A stretch of 64,000 bases of DNA from IMG/VR virus record IMGVR_UViG_3300032286_000926, positions 1-64,000 of that record. The stretch is one strand, 5' to 3'. The notes under the pieces were generated by a model. That model made no database searches. It had not been told where the DNA came from and was given only the letters and a program-made list of their open reading frames with translations. Source of the DNA: a virus. Positions within the stretch are counted from its first letter, which is position 1; each line of letters starts with the position of its first letter. The position numbers were made by a program, and so were the translations under genes. Of this stretch, positions 34,364 to 45,005 are shown in pieces.

Positions 34364-36442
34364 ATGGCAACAAATAACTTAAAAGTTACCGACCTTGATT
34401 TTGATACAATCAAGCAAAACCTTAAAACCTATTTAAAAAATCCATCAATTAATCCTACCTTTCAGGATTATGATTTTGATGCTTCTGGTTTAAGTGTGTT
34501 GATTGATTTGTTGGCATATAATACACATTATAATGCATACTACTTGAACATGGTTGCCAACGAATCGTTTTTAGATACCGCAAAATTAAGAGATTCGGTG
34601 GTTTCACATGCAAAGACTTTGGGTTACACTCCATACTCAGTAAAGGCTGCAACAGCTATTGTTAATATTACAATGCCTTTCAACCCTTACGAAAATTTAA
34701 ACATGGGTGAAATAATTATACCTAAAAATTATAAGATATTATCCAATCAGATTGATGGTGCATCATATACTTTTAATGTATTGGAAAATATAAAAGCAAC
34801 CAAATCTGGTTCAAATTATTTCTTTGAAAATGTTCCAATTTATGAGGGTGAATTAATAACGTATGCCTTCAACTATTACGAACAGACAAATCCAAAACAA
34901 ATATTTACTCTACCAGAATCCAATATAGATACAACTACAATTAGTGTTTTGGTTTTATCACCAACAGATACATCATCAACTGTTTATTCAAGAGTTGATA
35001 CTGTTTTGGATGTTATTGACACATCAGAGGTGTATTTCCTACAAGAGTCTAGAAACGGCCAATACGAAATTTATTTTGGTGATGGTGTTATTGGTAAAAA
35101 ATTACCAGTTGGTGCTGTAGTTCAAGTATCATATTTGGTAACTAATGGTTCAGCCGCAAATAAAGCATACACATTCATTGCTACCGGTAATTTAACCGAT
35201 AGTTTAGGTGAAACTGTTATTTCTGGCGACGTAAATGTTGTTACAGTATCTCCAGCTGCTGGTGGTTCAACCCGTGAGGATATTGATTCGATTAAGTATT
35301 CTGCAATTAACAAATATTCTTCACAAAATCGTTTAGTAACTTACAACGATTATAATGCTTACATTTTAAGTAACTATCCGAATATTGATTCACTATCCGT
35401 ATGGGGTGGTGAAAATGAAGATCCTCCTGTTTATGGTAAAGTTTTTGTTTCGATGAAACCAAAGGAAGATTATTATATCTCTGAAGCAGAAAAACAAAGA
35501 ATTATTGATGATATTATTACTCCAAAATCAGTAATATCAATACAAACATTAATTAAAGATCCTGAATATCTTTATTTAAAACTTAATAATAATGTACGAT
35601 ATGATTCCAAAAAAACAAGTTTAACACAAGAATCATTAAAATCTTTAATTAAAGACACTATTGTTAATTTCTTTAATTCAACAGTTTCTAAGTTTAATTC
35701 TACTTTTGCTTTGTCTAAAATGCAAGAAGAAATTGATAATTTGGATAGTTCAATAATTGGTATTGATTCTACACTTCGTTTAGAGAAAAAATTTAAACCA
35801 CTATTATTAACTAATGCCTCTTATACTGTCAATTTCAATTCTGAATTGTACCGAGGTTCTGTTATCAATCGTTTGGCTTCCAATGAATTTGATGTGTTTG
35901 ATAATACAGGCATAAGACGAACTGCTATTATTGAAGAAACACCTGAAGCTTATACTGGTATTTCAGATATTCTGGTTACGGATCCGGGTTCTGGTTACAT
36001 AGCAACACCAACCGTGACCATTACTGGTGATGGTACTGGTGCTACAGCTACTGCAAAAATTGTAAATGGTCGAGTAGAATCTTTTACTATTACCAATCGT
36101 GGTATTAATTATAGTCGTGCCGTATTAAGGGTAGAAGGTGGTGGTGGTTTTGGTGCTACGGCAACCATTATTTTAAATTCTCGTTATGGTGTTTTAAGAA
36201 CAGTTTATTTTGACACAAACGCAGAACGTCAAATTATTAACTCAAATGCTGGTACAATTAATTACCTTACTGGTGAAATTGTATTGAATAACCTACAAGT
36301 ATTGTCCACAAGTTCAGCTGATGGTTATATTAATATCAATGTTCAATCTGAAAACAACATTATTAGTTCAATTAAAAATACTTTAATTGTTTTAAATTCT
36401 GGTGATGCTACTTCAGTTGTTACAACTTTAACTTCGGTATAA
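34364..36442 (+). CDS. gp6: Baseplate wedge subunit gp6
   Basis: LDFD.IK.NLK, DYDF..S.LS.LIDLLAYNTHYNA...NM..NE.FLD.A..RDSVVSHAK.LGY.P, QNRLVT..DY, WGGE. Confidence 0.96.
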   Translation: MATNNLKVTDLDFDTIKQNLKTYLKNPSINPTFQDYDFDASGLSVLIDLLAYNTHYNAYYLNMVANESFLDTAKLRDSVVSHAKTLGYTPYSVKAATAIVNITMPFNPYENLNMGEIIIPKNYKILSNQIDGASYTFNVLENIKATKSGSNYFFENVPIYEGELITYAFNYYEQTNPKQIFTLPESNIDTTTISVLVLSPTDTSSTVYSRVDTVLDVIDTSEVYFLQESRNGQYEIYFGDGVIGKKLPVGAVVQVSYLVTNGSAANKAYTFIATGNLTDSLGETVISGDVNVVTVSPAAGGSTREDIDSIKYSAINKYSSQNRLVTYNDYNAYILSNYPNIDSLSVWGGENEDPPVYGKVFVSMKPKEDYYISEAEKQRIIDDIITPKSVISIQTLIKDPEYLYLKLNNNVRYDSKKTSLTQESLKSLIKDTIVNFFNSTVSKFNSTFALSKMQEEIDNLDSSIIGIDSTLRLEKKFKPLLLTNASYTVNFNSELYRGSVINRLASNEFDVFDNTGIRRTAIIEETPEAYTGISDILVTDPGSGYIATPTVTITGDGTGATATAKIVNGRVESFTITNRGINYSRAVLRVEGGGGFGATATIILNSRYGVLRTVYFDTNAERQIINSNAGTINYLTGEIVLNNLQVLSTSSADGYININVQSENNIISSIKNTLIVLNSGDATSVVTTLTSV

Positions 36443-36443
36443 A

Positions 36444-38843
36444 ATGGACCAAAAAACATCACTATTAGTTAATAGTCAGTTACCTGAGTTTATTCGTGAA
36501 GAATATCCTCAGTTTATTTCTTTTTTGGAAGCCTATTATCAATTTCTTGAAACCGAACAGATTGTAAATGGTGTAACTCAACAAAATGATTTAACTTCAA
36601 AGTTAAAGAATTTACGGTATATTTCTGATATCGACCAATCGTTATCTCAATTTGAACAACAGTTTTATAATGAATTTTTATCATTAATACCTAAAGATAC
36701 TAAAGTTGATAAAGCTTTTTTAATTAAAAATATTCTACCTTTATATCAAGCTAAAGGTACAGAAAAATCATTTCAGTTTTTATTCCGTTTATTGTTTGGA
36801 GAAGAGATTACTATTTCTTACCCTCGTAATCAAATATTACGCACATCTGATGGTAAGTGGTCAATCGAAAACATTTTGAGAACAGATGCCGAATTGTATA
36901 GTGAATATGTTTCTGATGGAATACAAACATCATATTATTTACCATATCCAATTGATTTGGATAAAATCCAAGTTTATATTGACGATTCTCTTTTTGAAAA
37001 TTTTGATAATTATTATGTTAAAAAAGAATTACAAAAACTTGAATTTTATAGAACACCTGCAATAAATTCAAAAATTAAAATTGTTTACCCAACACAATTT
37101 AATGTTTCTATATTTAAAAACCGTAAAATTACTGGATTAACATCTGGTGCATATGCTTTGGTTGAAAATGCTGGTATTCGAACCGCTTCTGGTTCTAATT
37201 ATTATGAATTTTTTATAAATCAAAAAACAATTGTTGGTAATTTTATCAATGGCGAAATTATTCAAATAGATGCAATAAATTCGAATAATCATTTAATAAC
37301 ATTCTTTTTACAAGCATTATCTGATGTTGATTCTGTGCAAATTATTAATCCGGGAAGCAATTACAATGTTGGTGATGTTGTTAATTTTTTAGGTGCTAGT
37401 AAAAACAAAGCTGTTGCGGTTGTAAATTCTGTTAGTACAGGAACTGTGGATGGAATAACATTAAAGGTTCCAAATTTTGGTGCCGGTTATAAAGTTAATA
37501 ATAATGTTTATGTATCTAATATCAATTCAGCACCTTTTGCAGCATACATCGATGCGGTAGATGATTCTGGTACAATTTCAGCCAACACTATCACATATAA
37601 TAATACCGATTTTATTTCAAATCTTTCTAATGTAATTTTATCAAATACGGATTTTGGGTTTGCGGCTAATGGTACACAAAATTTAACTTCTGTTATTGGT
37701 GATGCTTTAACTTTGAATACTATTAACGAATTAGGCCCAGCAATTAACGTTGTAGTATCTCTTAGTGAATTGACAAACAATACATCGCCAATTTTTGTTA
37801 CTCAATCTAACGTGGTTTATGGTAATGTTACTATATTAGACTTGGGTGCAATTGGTACAATTAAGGTTAATAATGGTGGTACTGGTTATTTACCTGGAGA
37901 CAATTTAATATTCACAAATACGGAATATTTTTCTGGCCAAGGCGCAGCTGCCAGAGTTTCTTTTGTCTCACCAAATGGTAGTATTGGAGGTGTTCAAGTT
38001 ACCAATCCGGGTCGTAATTATAGAAAAGATTATTTACCAACCATAACTGTTGATAGTGTTTCTGGTGTTGGTGCAAATTTGGCCATTCAAGACTTTATGG
38101 GAGAAGGTGCTGAATTCCAATTTGAAGCTGGTGACGGTATTGCTGGTAAAATTTTGTCTATTAAAGTTTTGGATAAAGGTACTGGTTATTCAACCAGACC
38201 ACTTGGAGATTTGACATTATCTGGTGACGGAGAAGCAACCACCAATGTTATTATTAGACCGTCTGTGATTGAATTGCCTGGAAGATGGTTGACCTCCGAT
38301 AGTTTATTGTCATCCGATGAGGTTAAATTGGAAGGTAGAAATTACTATATTGATTTCTCATATGTTATTTCATCAAAGGTTGAATTCTCCAAATATAAGA
38401 ATATCATCAAGGATTTGTTGAATCCATCTGGTGCAGTTAATTATGCAATTTATAAAATTATTGAAACCATTAATGTTCCAGTATCTATAAATATCGAAAG
38501 TGAATTGACCAGGCAAGTGTCAGGAACAGTCAATGTGGCAGCTAATAGTTACTTTGTAATTGGTACAAATACAAATTTTGTTGTTGCAAATACCACAATA
38601 TTAATGCCTCCAGGAACAAATATTAAAGTTAACGGTGAAATAAGAATAGCAAATAGTATTATAAATAACACAAGTATTACGGTTTCGGAACCATTTACTT
38701 ATAGTGCAAACGACCAATTGATAACAATTGTGTTACCTCCATATAACTCAATAACAACAGAATATTGGCGTGAAATGCAAACCGAACAAAATGTAAATAA
38801 CTTCTTTATTACAGAAGCTATGCCGCCGTCTAGTATAATTTAA
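36444..38843 (+). CDS. gp7: Baseplate wedge initiator gp7-like
   Basis: QLPEFIRE.YP.F..FL.AYY.FLE, Y.AKGT..SF..LFR.LF, SDGKW, YY.DFSYVI. Confidence 0.85.
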   Translation: MDQKTSLLVNSQLPEFIREEYPQFISFLEAYYQFLETEQIVNGVTQQNDLTSKLKNLRYISDIDQSLSQFEQQFYNEFLSLIPKDTKVDKAFLIKNILPLYQAKGTEKSFQFLFRLLFGEEITISYPRNQILRTSDGKWSIENILRTDAELYSEYVSDGIQTSYYLPYPIDLDKIQVYIDDSLFENFDNYYVKKELQKLEFYRTPAINSKIKIVYPTQFNVSIFKNRKITGLTSGAYALVENAGIRTASGSNYYEFFINQKTIVGNFINGEIIQIDAINSNNHLITFFLQALSDVDSVQIINPGSNYNVGDVVNFLGASKNKAVAVVNSVSTGTVDGITLKVPNFGAGYKVNNNVYVSNINSAPFAAYIDAVDDSGTISANTITYNNTDFISNLSNVILSNTDFGFAANGTQNLTSVIGDALTLNTINELGPAINVVVSLSELTNNTSPIFVTQSNVVYGNVTILDLGAIGTIKVNNGGTGYLPGDNLIFTNTEYFSGQGAAARVSFVSPNGSIGGVQVTNPGRNYRKDYLPTITVDSVSGVGANLAIQDFMGEGAEFQFEAGDGIAGKILSIKVLDKGTGYSTRPLGDLTLSGDGEATTNVIIRPSVIELPGRWLTSDSLLSSDEVKLEGRNYYIDFSYVISSKVEFSKYKNIIKDLLNPSGAVNYAIYKIIETINVPVSINIESELTRQVSGTVNVAANSYFVIGTNTNFVVANTTILMPPGTNIKVNGEIRIANSIINNTSITVSEPFTYSANDQLITIVLPPYNSITTEYWREMQTEQNVNNFFITEAMPPSSII

Positions 38844-38852
38844 AGGGATAAA

Positions 38853-40493
38853 ATGTCAATAAGAATATCGGGATTACCAGAATTAGGAGCCATTAGTTCG
38901 AATGTAGCTAATGCCTACATTGTTCTTGTGGATAATGATACCCCCGAAGATTATCTAAAAACCAAAAAAATTACAGTTGATAATTTTCTAAGAGTTACCA
39001 AAGAATATGGTAATACACCTGGATTGTATTATGTTTCTAAAGGTGGTGTTGATACTAATGACGGTAAATCGTGGGATAAAGCATTTTACACAATAGAAAA
39101 AGCTTTGCAAGTTGCAGCTACATTAAATGATGCGATTACTGTTATTGATGTTGGACCTGGAATATACACAAGTAATGGTCATATGGACCTTCCTGATAAT
39201 ACTATTGTCAAAACAACTCACCGTTCAGCTGTTATCAGACCGAATCCTGGTTATGCTCAACGAAATGTTTTCCGTATGGGTTCTGGATGTTTTATTGAAG
39301 GATTTATTTTTGAAGATTGGCAATTAGACAGTATGGATAATCCGACTGAAGGATTTGCCGTTTCATTTAGACCGGGTGCAAACATTCGAAGAGTTCCATA
39401 CGCACATAAAATTGCGGTTAGAACAACACCTTATTGGACATATATTGTCCCACCGCTAGACAGACTTAATGCGAACCCATTAATTGGTCGTGGTGGTGGT
39501 GTCGCTTTGGCTGATGGAGACGTTTGTTCACCATATAGTATTTTCCCTAACATTATGACATGGGGTGCAACTCCGGTCACACACAATGGTATTGGTTATT
39601 GTGCCAAAAACGGTGGATTAATTAATGCGGTTAATGCCGTTAGTATGTGGTGTCATCGTCATTTCTATGCAATCGGTGGCGGTCAAATTATTCTTTCAAG
39701 TTGTTCTACACAATTTGGTGATTACACAATGGTATCAAATGGTTACAGAGAATTGGTTAATCCAACTGAAAGTGGAATTACAATTACACCTTCACCAGCT
39801 AATGCAAATACAATTCGAAGTGCAGCCAATACAATGATTGACGGCATGTGGGCAAATTTAGTAAGTAGTAATTTAACATTTGGATGGGATGCAACCGATG
39901 AAGCTTACACTCGTAGAGATGCTGGCACATTATTGCAATCACTAAGTTGGGTTATTGAAACCGGTAATGAAAAACCAATGTTAGATTTTGCAAAAGGTCT
40001 TTATACTGTTCAAGCCAATACGGCTAATACAACTAATGCTGTTCCTGTTTTTAGTAATGATAAATTGCCAGCATTTACACGTTCATTTAATAATTTAAAA
40101 GACCAAATTATTGCTCTTCAGTATGACAATTTACCTGCCAATACACCTAGTGCGGTAACTGCTTTAATTACCGCTCTAAATACAACAATAACTACACCAA
40201 CAAAAACAATACAACCATCAACAATTACTGCAATCGGTCACACATGGACGGCTGTTATGGCTGGAGTTGCTTTGACAAAAATACCTCCGGTATTAAACGA
40301 AGCAAAAATACAAGATAGTATTTTGGAAATAAACCAAGGTCTTGTAATCGCCAGCGGACAAGACGACCAAGGTTCCGCTTTATTTGTGGGGGGAATGTCC
40401 ATTGACTCCGATACCGGAGAATTATCGGGACCTCCATTCACATCAGCCGTTAACCGTATTGCTACTAAAACAGTCATCTCAAGGAGCTTTTAA
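38853..40493 (+). CDS. Virion structural protein with predicted beta-helix domain
   Basis: YYVSKGG.D.NDG.SW..AF.TI..AL, V.PG.Y cap motif; SGQD..G...VG...I...TG. Confidence 0.65.
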   Translation: MSIRISGLPELGAISSNVANAYIVLVDNDTPEDYLKTKKITVDNFLRVTKEYGNTPGLYYVSKGGVDTNDGKSWDKAFYTIEKALQVAATLNDAITVIDVGPGIYTSNGHMDLPDNTIVKTTHRSAVIRPNPGYAQRNVFRMGSGCFIEGFIFEDWQLDSMDNPTEGFAVSFRPGANIRRVPYAHKIAVRTTPYWTYIVPPLDRLNANPLIGRGGGVALADGDVCSPYSIFPNIMTWGATPVTHNGIGYCAKNGGLINAVNAVSMWCHRHFYAIGGGQIILSSCSTQFGDYTMVSNGYRELVNPTESGITITPSPANANTIRSAANTMIDGMWANLVSSNLTFGWDATDEAYTRRDAGTLLQSLSWVIETGNEKPMLDFAKGLYTVQANTANTTNAVPVFSNDKLPAFTRSFNNLKDQIIALQYDNLPANTPSAVTALITALNTTITTPTKTIQPSTITAIGHTWTAVMAGVALTKIPPVLNEAKIQDSILEINQGLVIASGQDDQGSALFVGGMSIDSDTGELSGPPFTSAVNRIATKTVISRSF

Positions 40494-40495
40494 CA

Positions 40496-40960
40496 ATGTC
40501 TAGAATAAAATGTCGTACACCTTCGACAGGCAAACCATTAAGAATTTCATTAGTAAATGTTAGTACATCATATACTACTGTTTCAGAAGCTTCTGATTTT
40601 TCTGTTCCCGATGCTTCATATGTATTTTCACCAAGAGACCCGGCAGATAATACTAGAGCTATTAAACCGGGCGAAGTGTTTTTCTTAACACCTCTTGCTG
40701 CTAAAAACAAAACAGCAAGTTTAGCATATATCGAAACTTCTTTATATACAGAAAATAATGTTAGAATAGCATTTGCAAACGTTGCTGTACCTGCATATGA
40801 TACTGCATTTATTCCATTACAAGGCCGCAGTTTATTTAAAAGAAGTGTAAATACCGCAAACGGTGATATACTTCAAGTTAAATCAACAGTCAATAATGCA
40901 TTTGATGTATGGGCATCTGCTGAAGAAAAATTATCAAGTGAACACTCTGGAGTAGAATAA
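40496..40960 (+). CDS. Hypothetical virion protein
   Basis: AAGGAG RBS; structural operon. Confidence 0.7.
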   Translation: MSRIKCRTPSTGKPLRISLVNVSTSYTTVSEASDFSVPDASYVFSPRDPADNTRAIKPGEVFFLTPLAAKNKTASLAYIETSLYTENNVRIAFANVAVPAYDTAFIPLQGRSLFKRSVNTANGDILQVKSTVNNAFDVWASAEEKLSSEHSGVE

Positions 40961-43386
40961 TGTCTATTTTACTTTCCGGTAAAGGTATACTTGTAGGTTT
41001 TGGTGTTCCACAAGAAGTACCAATTTTATTAGATCCGGCTAGTTACGCAGGTGCGATAGCCTATGGTAGCGATAATAAGATGTGGTACTGTGATGGACTA
41101 ACATGGATTTGTATGGATGGATTGTCCGGTTACTCTGGATATAGTGGATATAGTGGTTACTCCGGATATAGTGGTTACTCCGGTTATTCAGGATATTCTG
41201 GTTACTCTGGATATTCCGGTTACTCTGGATATAGTGGTTACTCCGGATATTCTGGTATTTCTGGCTATTCCGGTTACTCTGGTTACTCTGGTGATTCTGG
41301 AATAAGTGGATACTCAGGATATTCTGGTATTTCTGGTTACTCTGGTATTTCTGGATATTCTGGATATTCTGGATATTCTGGACCATCAGGTTATTCCGGT
41401 TATTCTGGAATTTCGGGCTATTCCGGTTACTCAGGATATTCCGGCTCTGGTATAAGTGGTTATTCCGGATATTCCGGATATTCCGGTCGCTCTGGTTACT
41501 CTGGATACTCTGGTTACTCTGGATATTCTGGACCATCAGGTTACTCTGGATACTCTGGATATTCCGGATATTCCGGTCGCTCTGGTTACTCTGGTTACTC
41601 TGGATATTCTGGATACTCTGGATATTCCGGTTATTCCGGTATCTCCGGTTGGTCTGGATTACCTGGAACAGGATTACAAATTGATGGCGTTGCCAATAAT
41701 TATACAGATTTAACTACAAAAACTCCTGCGGTTAACGATGTTTGGTATGTACTAGATACAGATGTATTATACTATCGCACAGCACAATCGACCTGGATTA
41801 ATTTAGGACCACTCCAAGGTGCTTCTGGTTACTCCGGTTGGTCTGGTATAAGCGGTTGGTCAGGTACCTCAGGTTATTCTGGTTACTCAGGAATCTCTGG
41901 CTGGTCTGGTATAAGTGGTTACTCCGGTGAATCTGGTATTAGTGGTTACTCAGGATATTCTGGTATAAGTGGTTGGTCTGGTATTTCTGGATACTCAGGA
42001 TATAGTGGTATTTCAGGTTGGTCTGGTATTTCTGGATATTCTGGTTATAGTGGTATTTCAGGTTGGTCTGGTATCTCAGGATATTCTGGTTACTCAGGAT
42101 TGTCTGGTTCTGGAGTTTCAGGTTATTCTGGTTATTCTGGTTATTCTGGATCCGGTCTTTCCGGTCTTTCCGGTTACTCTGGTTACTCAGGCATATCAGG
42201 TTGGTCTGGTCGTTCCGGTTACTCCGGATATTCTGGTTATTCTGGTTCAGGAATTTCTGGATATTCTGGTTATTCCGGTCAGTCTGGTTCTGGTTCTTCT
42301 GGTATCTCAGGTTATTCTGGTTATTCAGGCATATCAGGTTGGTCTGGTCGTTCCGGTTACTCAGGATATTCTGGTTATTCTGGAACTTCAGGATTCTCTG
42401 GTTATTCTGGTACCTCTGGATTCTCAGGATATTCTGGTTGGTCTGGAGATAATCCAGGTTCTTCAGGTTATTCCGGTTATTCTGGAATTTCTGGTTATTC
42501 TGGTTGGTCTGGTCGTTCCGGTTATTCGGGTTGGTCTGGCATCTCAGGTTCTGGTGCTTCTGGTGCTTCTGGATATTCAGGATATTCAGGTTGGTCTGGA
42601 GATAATCAAGGTTCTTCAGGTTATTCCGGTCGTTCTGGTTACTCTGGTTACTCAGGATATTCTGGTTGGTCTGGCCGTTCTGGCCAGAATGGTATTGATG
42701 GTGATTCTGGATATTCTGGTTACTCTGGATTGTCTGGATTAGGTATTAGTGGTTATTCTGGTTATTCCGGTCGTTCTGGTTATTCTGGTTACTCTGGATA
42801 TGTTCCATCTTATTGGTATGGAATTGCGGTTTCTGGACAAACAACTGTTATACCAGACGCTAGTGCCGACACATTAAATTTTGCTGCTGGTGCTAATGCA
42901 ACAATTACATTAAATAATACAACCAATACAATTACAATTGATTCTAAAGCTTCTGCTGGTGGTATGGCTTCTAGTGGTAATACTATTTTAGTTGTAAATG
43001 ATACATCATCAACTACTTTGTATCCAACATTATCTGATGCAACAAGTGGTTATGCTAATGTAAAAATAACAAGTAGTAAATTAACTTTTGATGCTTCAAC
43101 AGGAACATTATCATCAACCAACTTTAATTCATTATCTGATGCCACATTAAAAGAAAATTTTAATGAGATTGGTGGTGCATTAAGTTTATTGGATAAATTG
43201 GATGCATTAAGTTTTACTTGGAAAGATAACGGTCTTAAATCTTATGGCTTTAAAGCGCAAGATGTTGAGAAAGTTATACCAGAAATTGTTGGTAAAACCG
43301 AACAGTATAAAACAATCTCATATATACAATTGATACCTATTTTAGTACAAGCCATTAAAGAACTTAAAGAAGAATTAAAGAAATGA
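40960..43386 (+). CDS. Collagen-like (G-Y-S)n fibre protein with C-terminal intramolecular chaperone (peptidase S74)
   Basis: Two long SGY/SGW/SGI triplet tracts; C-terminal SD..LKEN...F.WK....SYGF.AQDVE.V.PE.V...Y..LIP.LV.AIKEL. Confidence 0.85.
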   Translation: MSILLSGKGILVGFGVPQEVPILLDPASYAGAIAYGSDNKMWYCDGLTWICMDGLSGYSGYSGYSGYSGYSGYSGYSGYSGYSGYSGYSGYSGYSGYSGISGYSGYSGYSGDSGISGYSGYSGISGYSGISGYSGYSGYSGPSGYSGYSGISGYSGYSGYSGSGISGYSGYSGYSGRSGYSGYSGYSGYSGPSGYSGYSGYSGYSGRSGYSGYSGYSGYSGYSGYSGISGWSGLPGTGLQIDGVANNYTDLTTKTPAVNDVWYVLDTDVLYYRTAQSTWINLGPLQGASGYSGWSGISGWSGTSGYSGYSGISGWSGISGYSGESGISGYSGYSGISGWSGISGYSGYSGISGWSGISGYSGYSGISGWSGISGYSGYSGLSGSGVSGYSGYSGYSGSGLSGLSGYSGYSGISGWSGRSGYSGYSGYSGSGISGYSGYSGQSGSGSSGISGYSGYSGISGWSGRSGYSGYSGYSGTSGFSGYSGTSGFSGYSGWSGDNPGSSGYSGYSGISGYSGWSGRSGYSGWSGISGSGASGASGYSGYSGWSGDNQGSSGYSGRSGYSGYSGYSGWSGRSGQNGIDGDSGYSGYSGLSGLGISGYSGYSGRSGYSGYSGYVPSYWYGIAVSGQTTVIPDASADTLNFAAGANATITLNNTTNTITIDSKASAGGMASSGNTILVVNDTSSTTLYPTLSDATSGYANVKITSSKLTFDASTGTLSSTNFNSLSDATLKENFNEIGGALSLLDKLDALSFTWKDNGLKSYGFKAQDVEKVIPEIVGKTEQYKTISYIQLIPILVQAIKELKEELKK
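41122..42800 (+). repeat. Degenerate 9-nt tandem repeat encoding Ser-Gly-Tyr
   Basis: (TCN GGN TAY)n in two tracts, ~41122-41660 and ~41820-42800. Confidence 0.95.
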
Positions 43387-44996
43387 CAACAAATTACATT
43401 TCAAAAAAAATAAAAACCTTTAATGCAAAGGTTTTTAGAGATTCTTTTAAAGAAAGTACACCTAAAAAAATAGGTTACATTTTTCTATCCAAATCAGCTC
43501 CATATGCAAATAATGATAATGTTGCAACTGATTTGGTGGATACTGTAAAACAAGAAAAAGAAATTTGGGACAACATGGTTCTTGGTAAAAGAATTGTACC
43601 TAAAGATATTGAACTTGTTATTCCTTTACACACATGGACTGTCAATACCGTATATAAACAGTACGATGATACTGCTAATTTAGATAGCTTATTGACAGTA
43701 TCGGGAAATGCATATCCAATGTATGTCCGTAATTCAGAAGGTAATGTTTATAAGTGTCTGTCTAATGTAGCACCATCAGGCCAAGGTTCTCAAACTGAAC
43801 CTACTGGAACATATACCACAAATGATGGATTTATTCAAACTGAACTTACTGATACCTCAAATTATTTGTGGAAATACATGTTCAATGTTAAAAATTCTAA
43901 TAAATTTTATACCAATGAATATTCTGATAAATGGATTCCAATTCCATATATTCAAGCTAATACCAATTTTAGTGATTACAATTACAATACATTAAATTTG
44001 GTTGATGGTTCTTTAAATAAAATTATTGTTACAAATTCTGGTTCTAATTATTATCATACCGATATTAATGTTGCACCTTTTGCATCTGGTTCAAATACAT
44101 TAACAATTTTAGATGATATTGATTTAACAACATCGAATATAATTGTAGAATATATGGCAGTTTCTGGTAATGGAATATATGCAAATAAAACATTTATTAC
44201 ACAAATTGATCCAGCACAACCAAAAACACTATATCTTTCACAACCAACTGTAGGTTCTGGTGGCGGTACATCAACACCAAATAGAATTAATATTAAAACT
44301 CGTATTGTAATTAATGGTGATGGTACTGATACTGTAGCTGATGTTCATTTATCAAACACAGGAATATCAAGAATTGATGTTACTAGTGCAGGTAGTGGAT
44401 TTGTTAAAGCCAATGTAGAAATTTATGGTTCAGGTTCTGGTGCAGCTGCAAGAGCAGTATTGCCTCCTAAATTTGGTCATGGTGCCAATCCTGCTATGGA
44501 ATTAGGCGTATCAAATGTAATGATTTTAAGTCGTATTGGTGAAATTGATTCTACGGAAAATAACACAATACCAACAGATATTTATTTTAGACAATACGGA
44601 CTCTTGGTAAATCCATATAAATATGATGATGCGGATCCAATGACAGAAACAAATGCAATAGATGTTATGTTGCAAACTTTGGATATTACATTACTTTCAT
44701 CTTCAAATTTTAATATTAATGAAAAGGTTTATCAAGGCGACCCAAACAATCCAGACTTTATTGGTTATGTTGTTTCACAAAAATCTTTGGAAGTGAAATT
44801 AAATAACACATATAAACAACCAATAATAGGTAAGTTGCTTGTTGGAGCATCATCTGGTAACCAAAGTACCATCGTAAGTTATGAGAATCCAGACTTAAAA
44901 CCATATGCTGGTGATATAATTTACGGAAAAAATATTTTAAAGATACAAAGATCCACCGCTCAAGCTGAAGAAGTAAAATTTGTATTTCAATTTTAA
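43383..44996 (+). CDS. gp8: Baseplate wedge subunit gp8-like
   Basis: W..M..GKRI, W...TVY..YDD, VYKCL.N, EPT, YLWKYM, HGANP..EL, FRQYGL..NP, Q.EE.K.V.QF. Confidence 0.88.
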   Translation: MTTNYISKKIKTFNAKVFRDSFKESTPKKIGYIFLSKSAPYANNDNVATDLVDTVKQEKEIWDNMVLGKRIVPKDIELVIPLHTWTVNTVYKQYDDTANLDSLLTVSGNAYPMYVRNSEGNVYKCLSNVAPSGQGSQTEPTGTYTTNDGFIQTELTDTSNYLWKYMFNVKNSNKFYTNEYSDKWIPIPYIQANTNFSDYNYNTLNLVDGSLNKIIVTNSGSNYYHTDINVAPFASGSNTLTILDDIDLTTSNIIVEYMAVSGNGIYANKTFITQIDPAQPKTLYLSQPTVGSGGGTSTPNRINIKTRIVINGDGTDTVADVHLSNTGISRIDVTSAGSGFVKANVEIYGSGSGAAARAVLPPKFGHGANPAMELGVSNVMILSRIGEIDSTENNTIPTDIYFRQYGLLVNPYKYDDADPMTETNAIDVMLQTLDITLLSSSNFNINEKVYQGDPNNPDFIGYVVSQKSLEVKLNNTYKQPIIGKLLVGASSGNQSTIVSYENPDLKPYAGDIIYGKNILKIQRSTAQAEEVKFVFQF

Positions 44997-45005
44997 GGTT
45001 AATTC

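Noticed and set aside
41039-42742. Long alternative-frame ORFs with (V/I/L-D-I/T) or (F-W-L/I) repeats
   Set aside because: By-products of the 9-nt SGY repeat lacking stops in other frames; no independent coding signal
41122-42800. Tandem repeats as a CRISPR array
   Set aside because: 9-nt coding repeats with synonymous variation and no unique spacers
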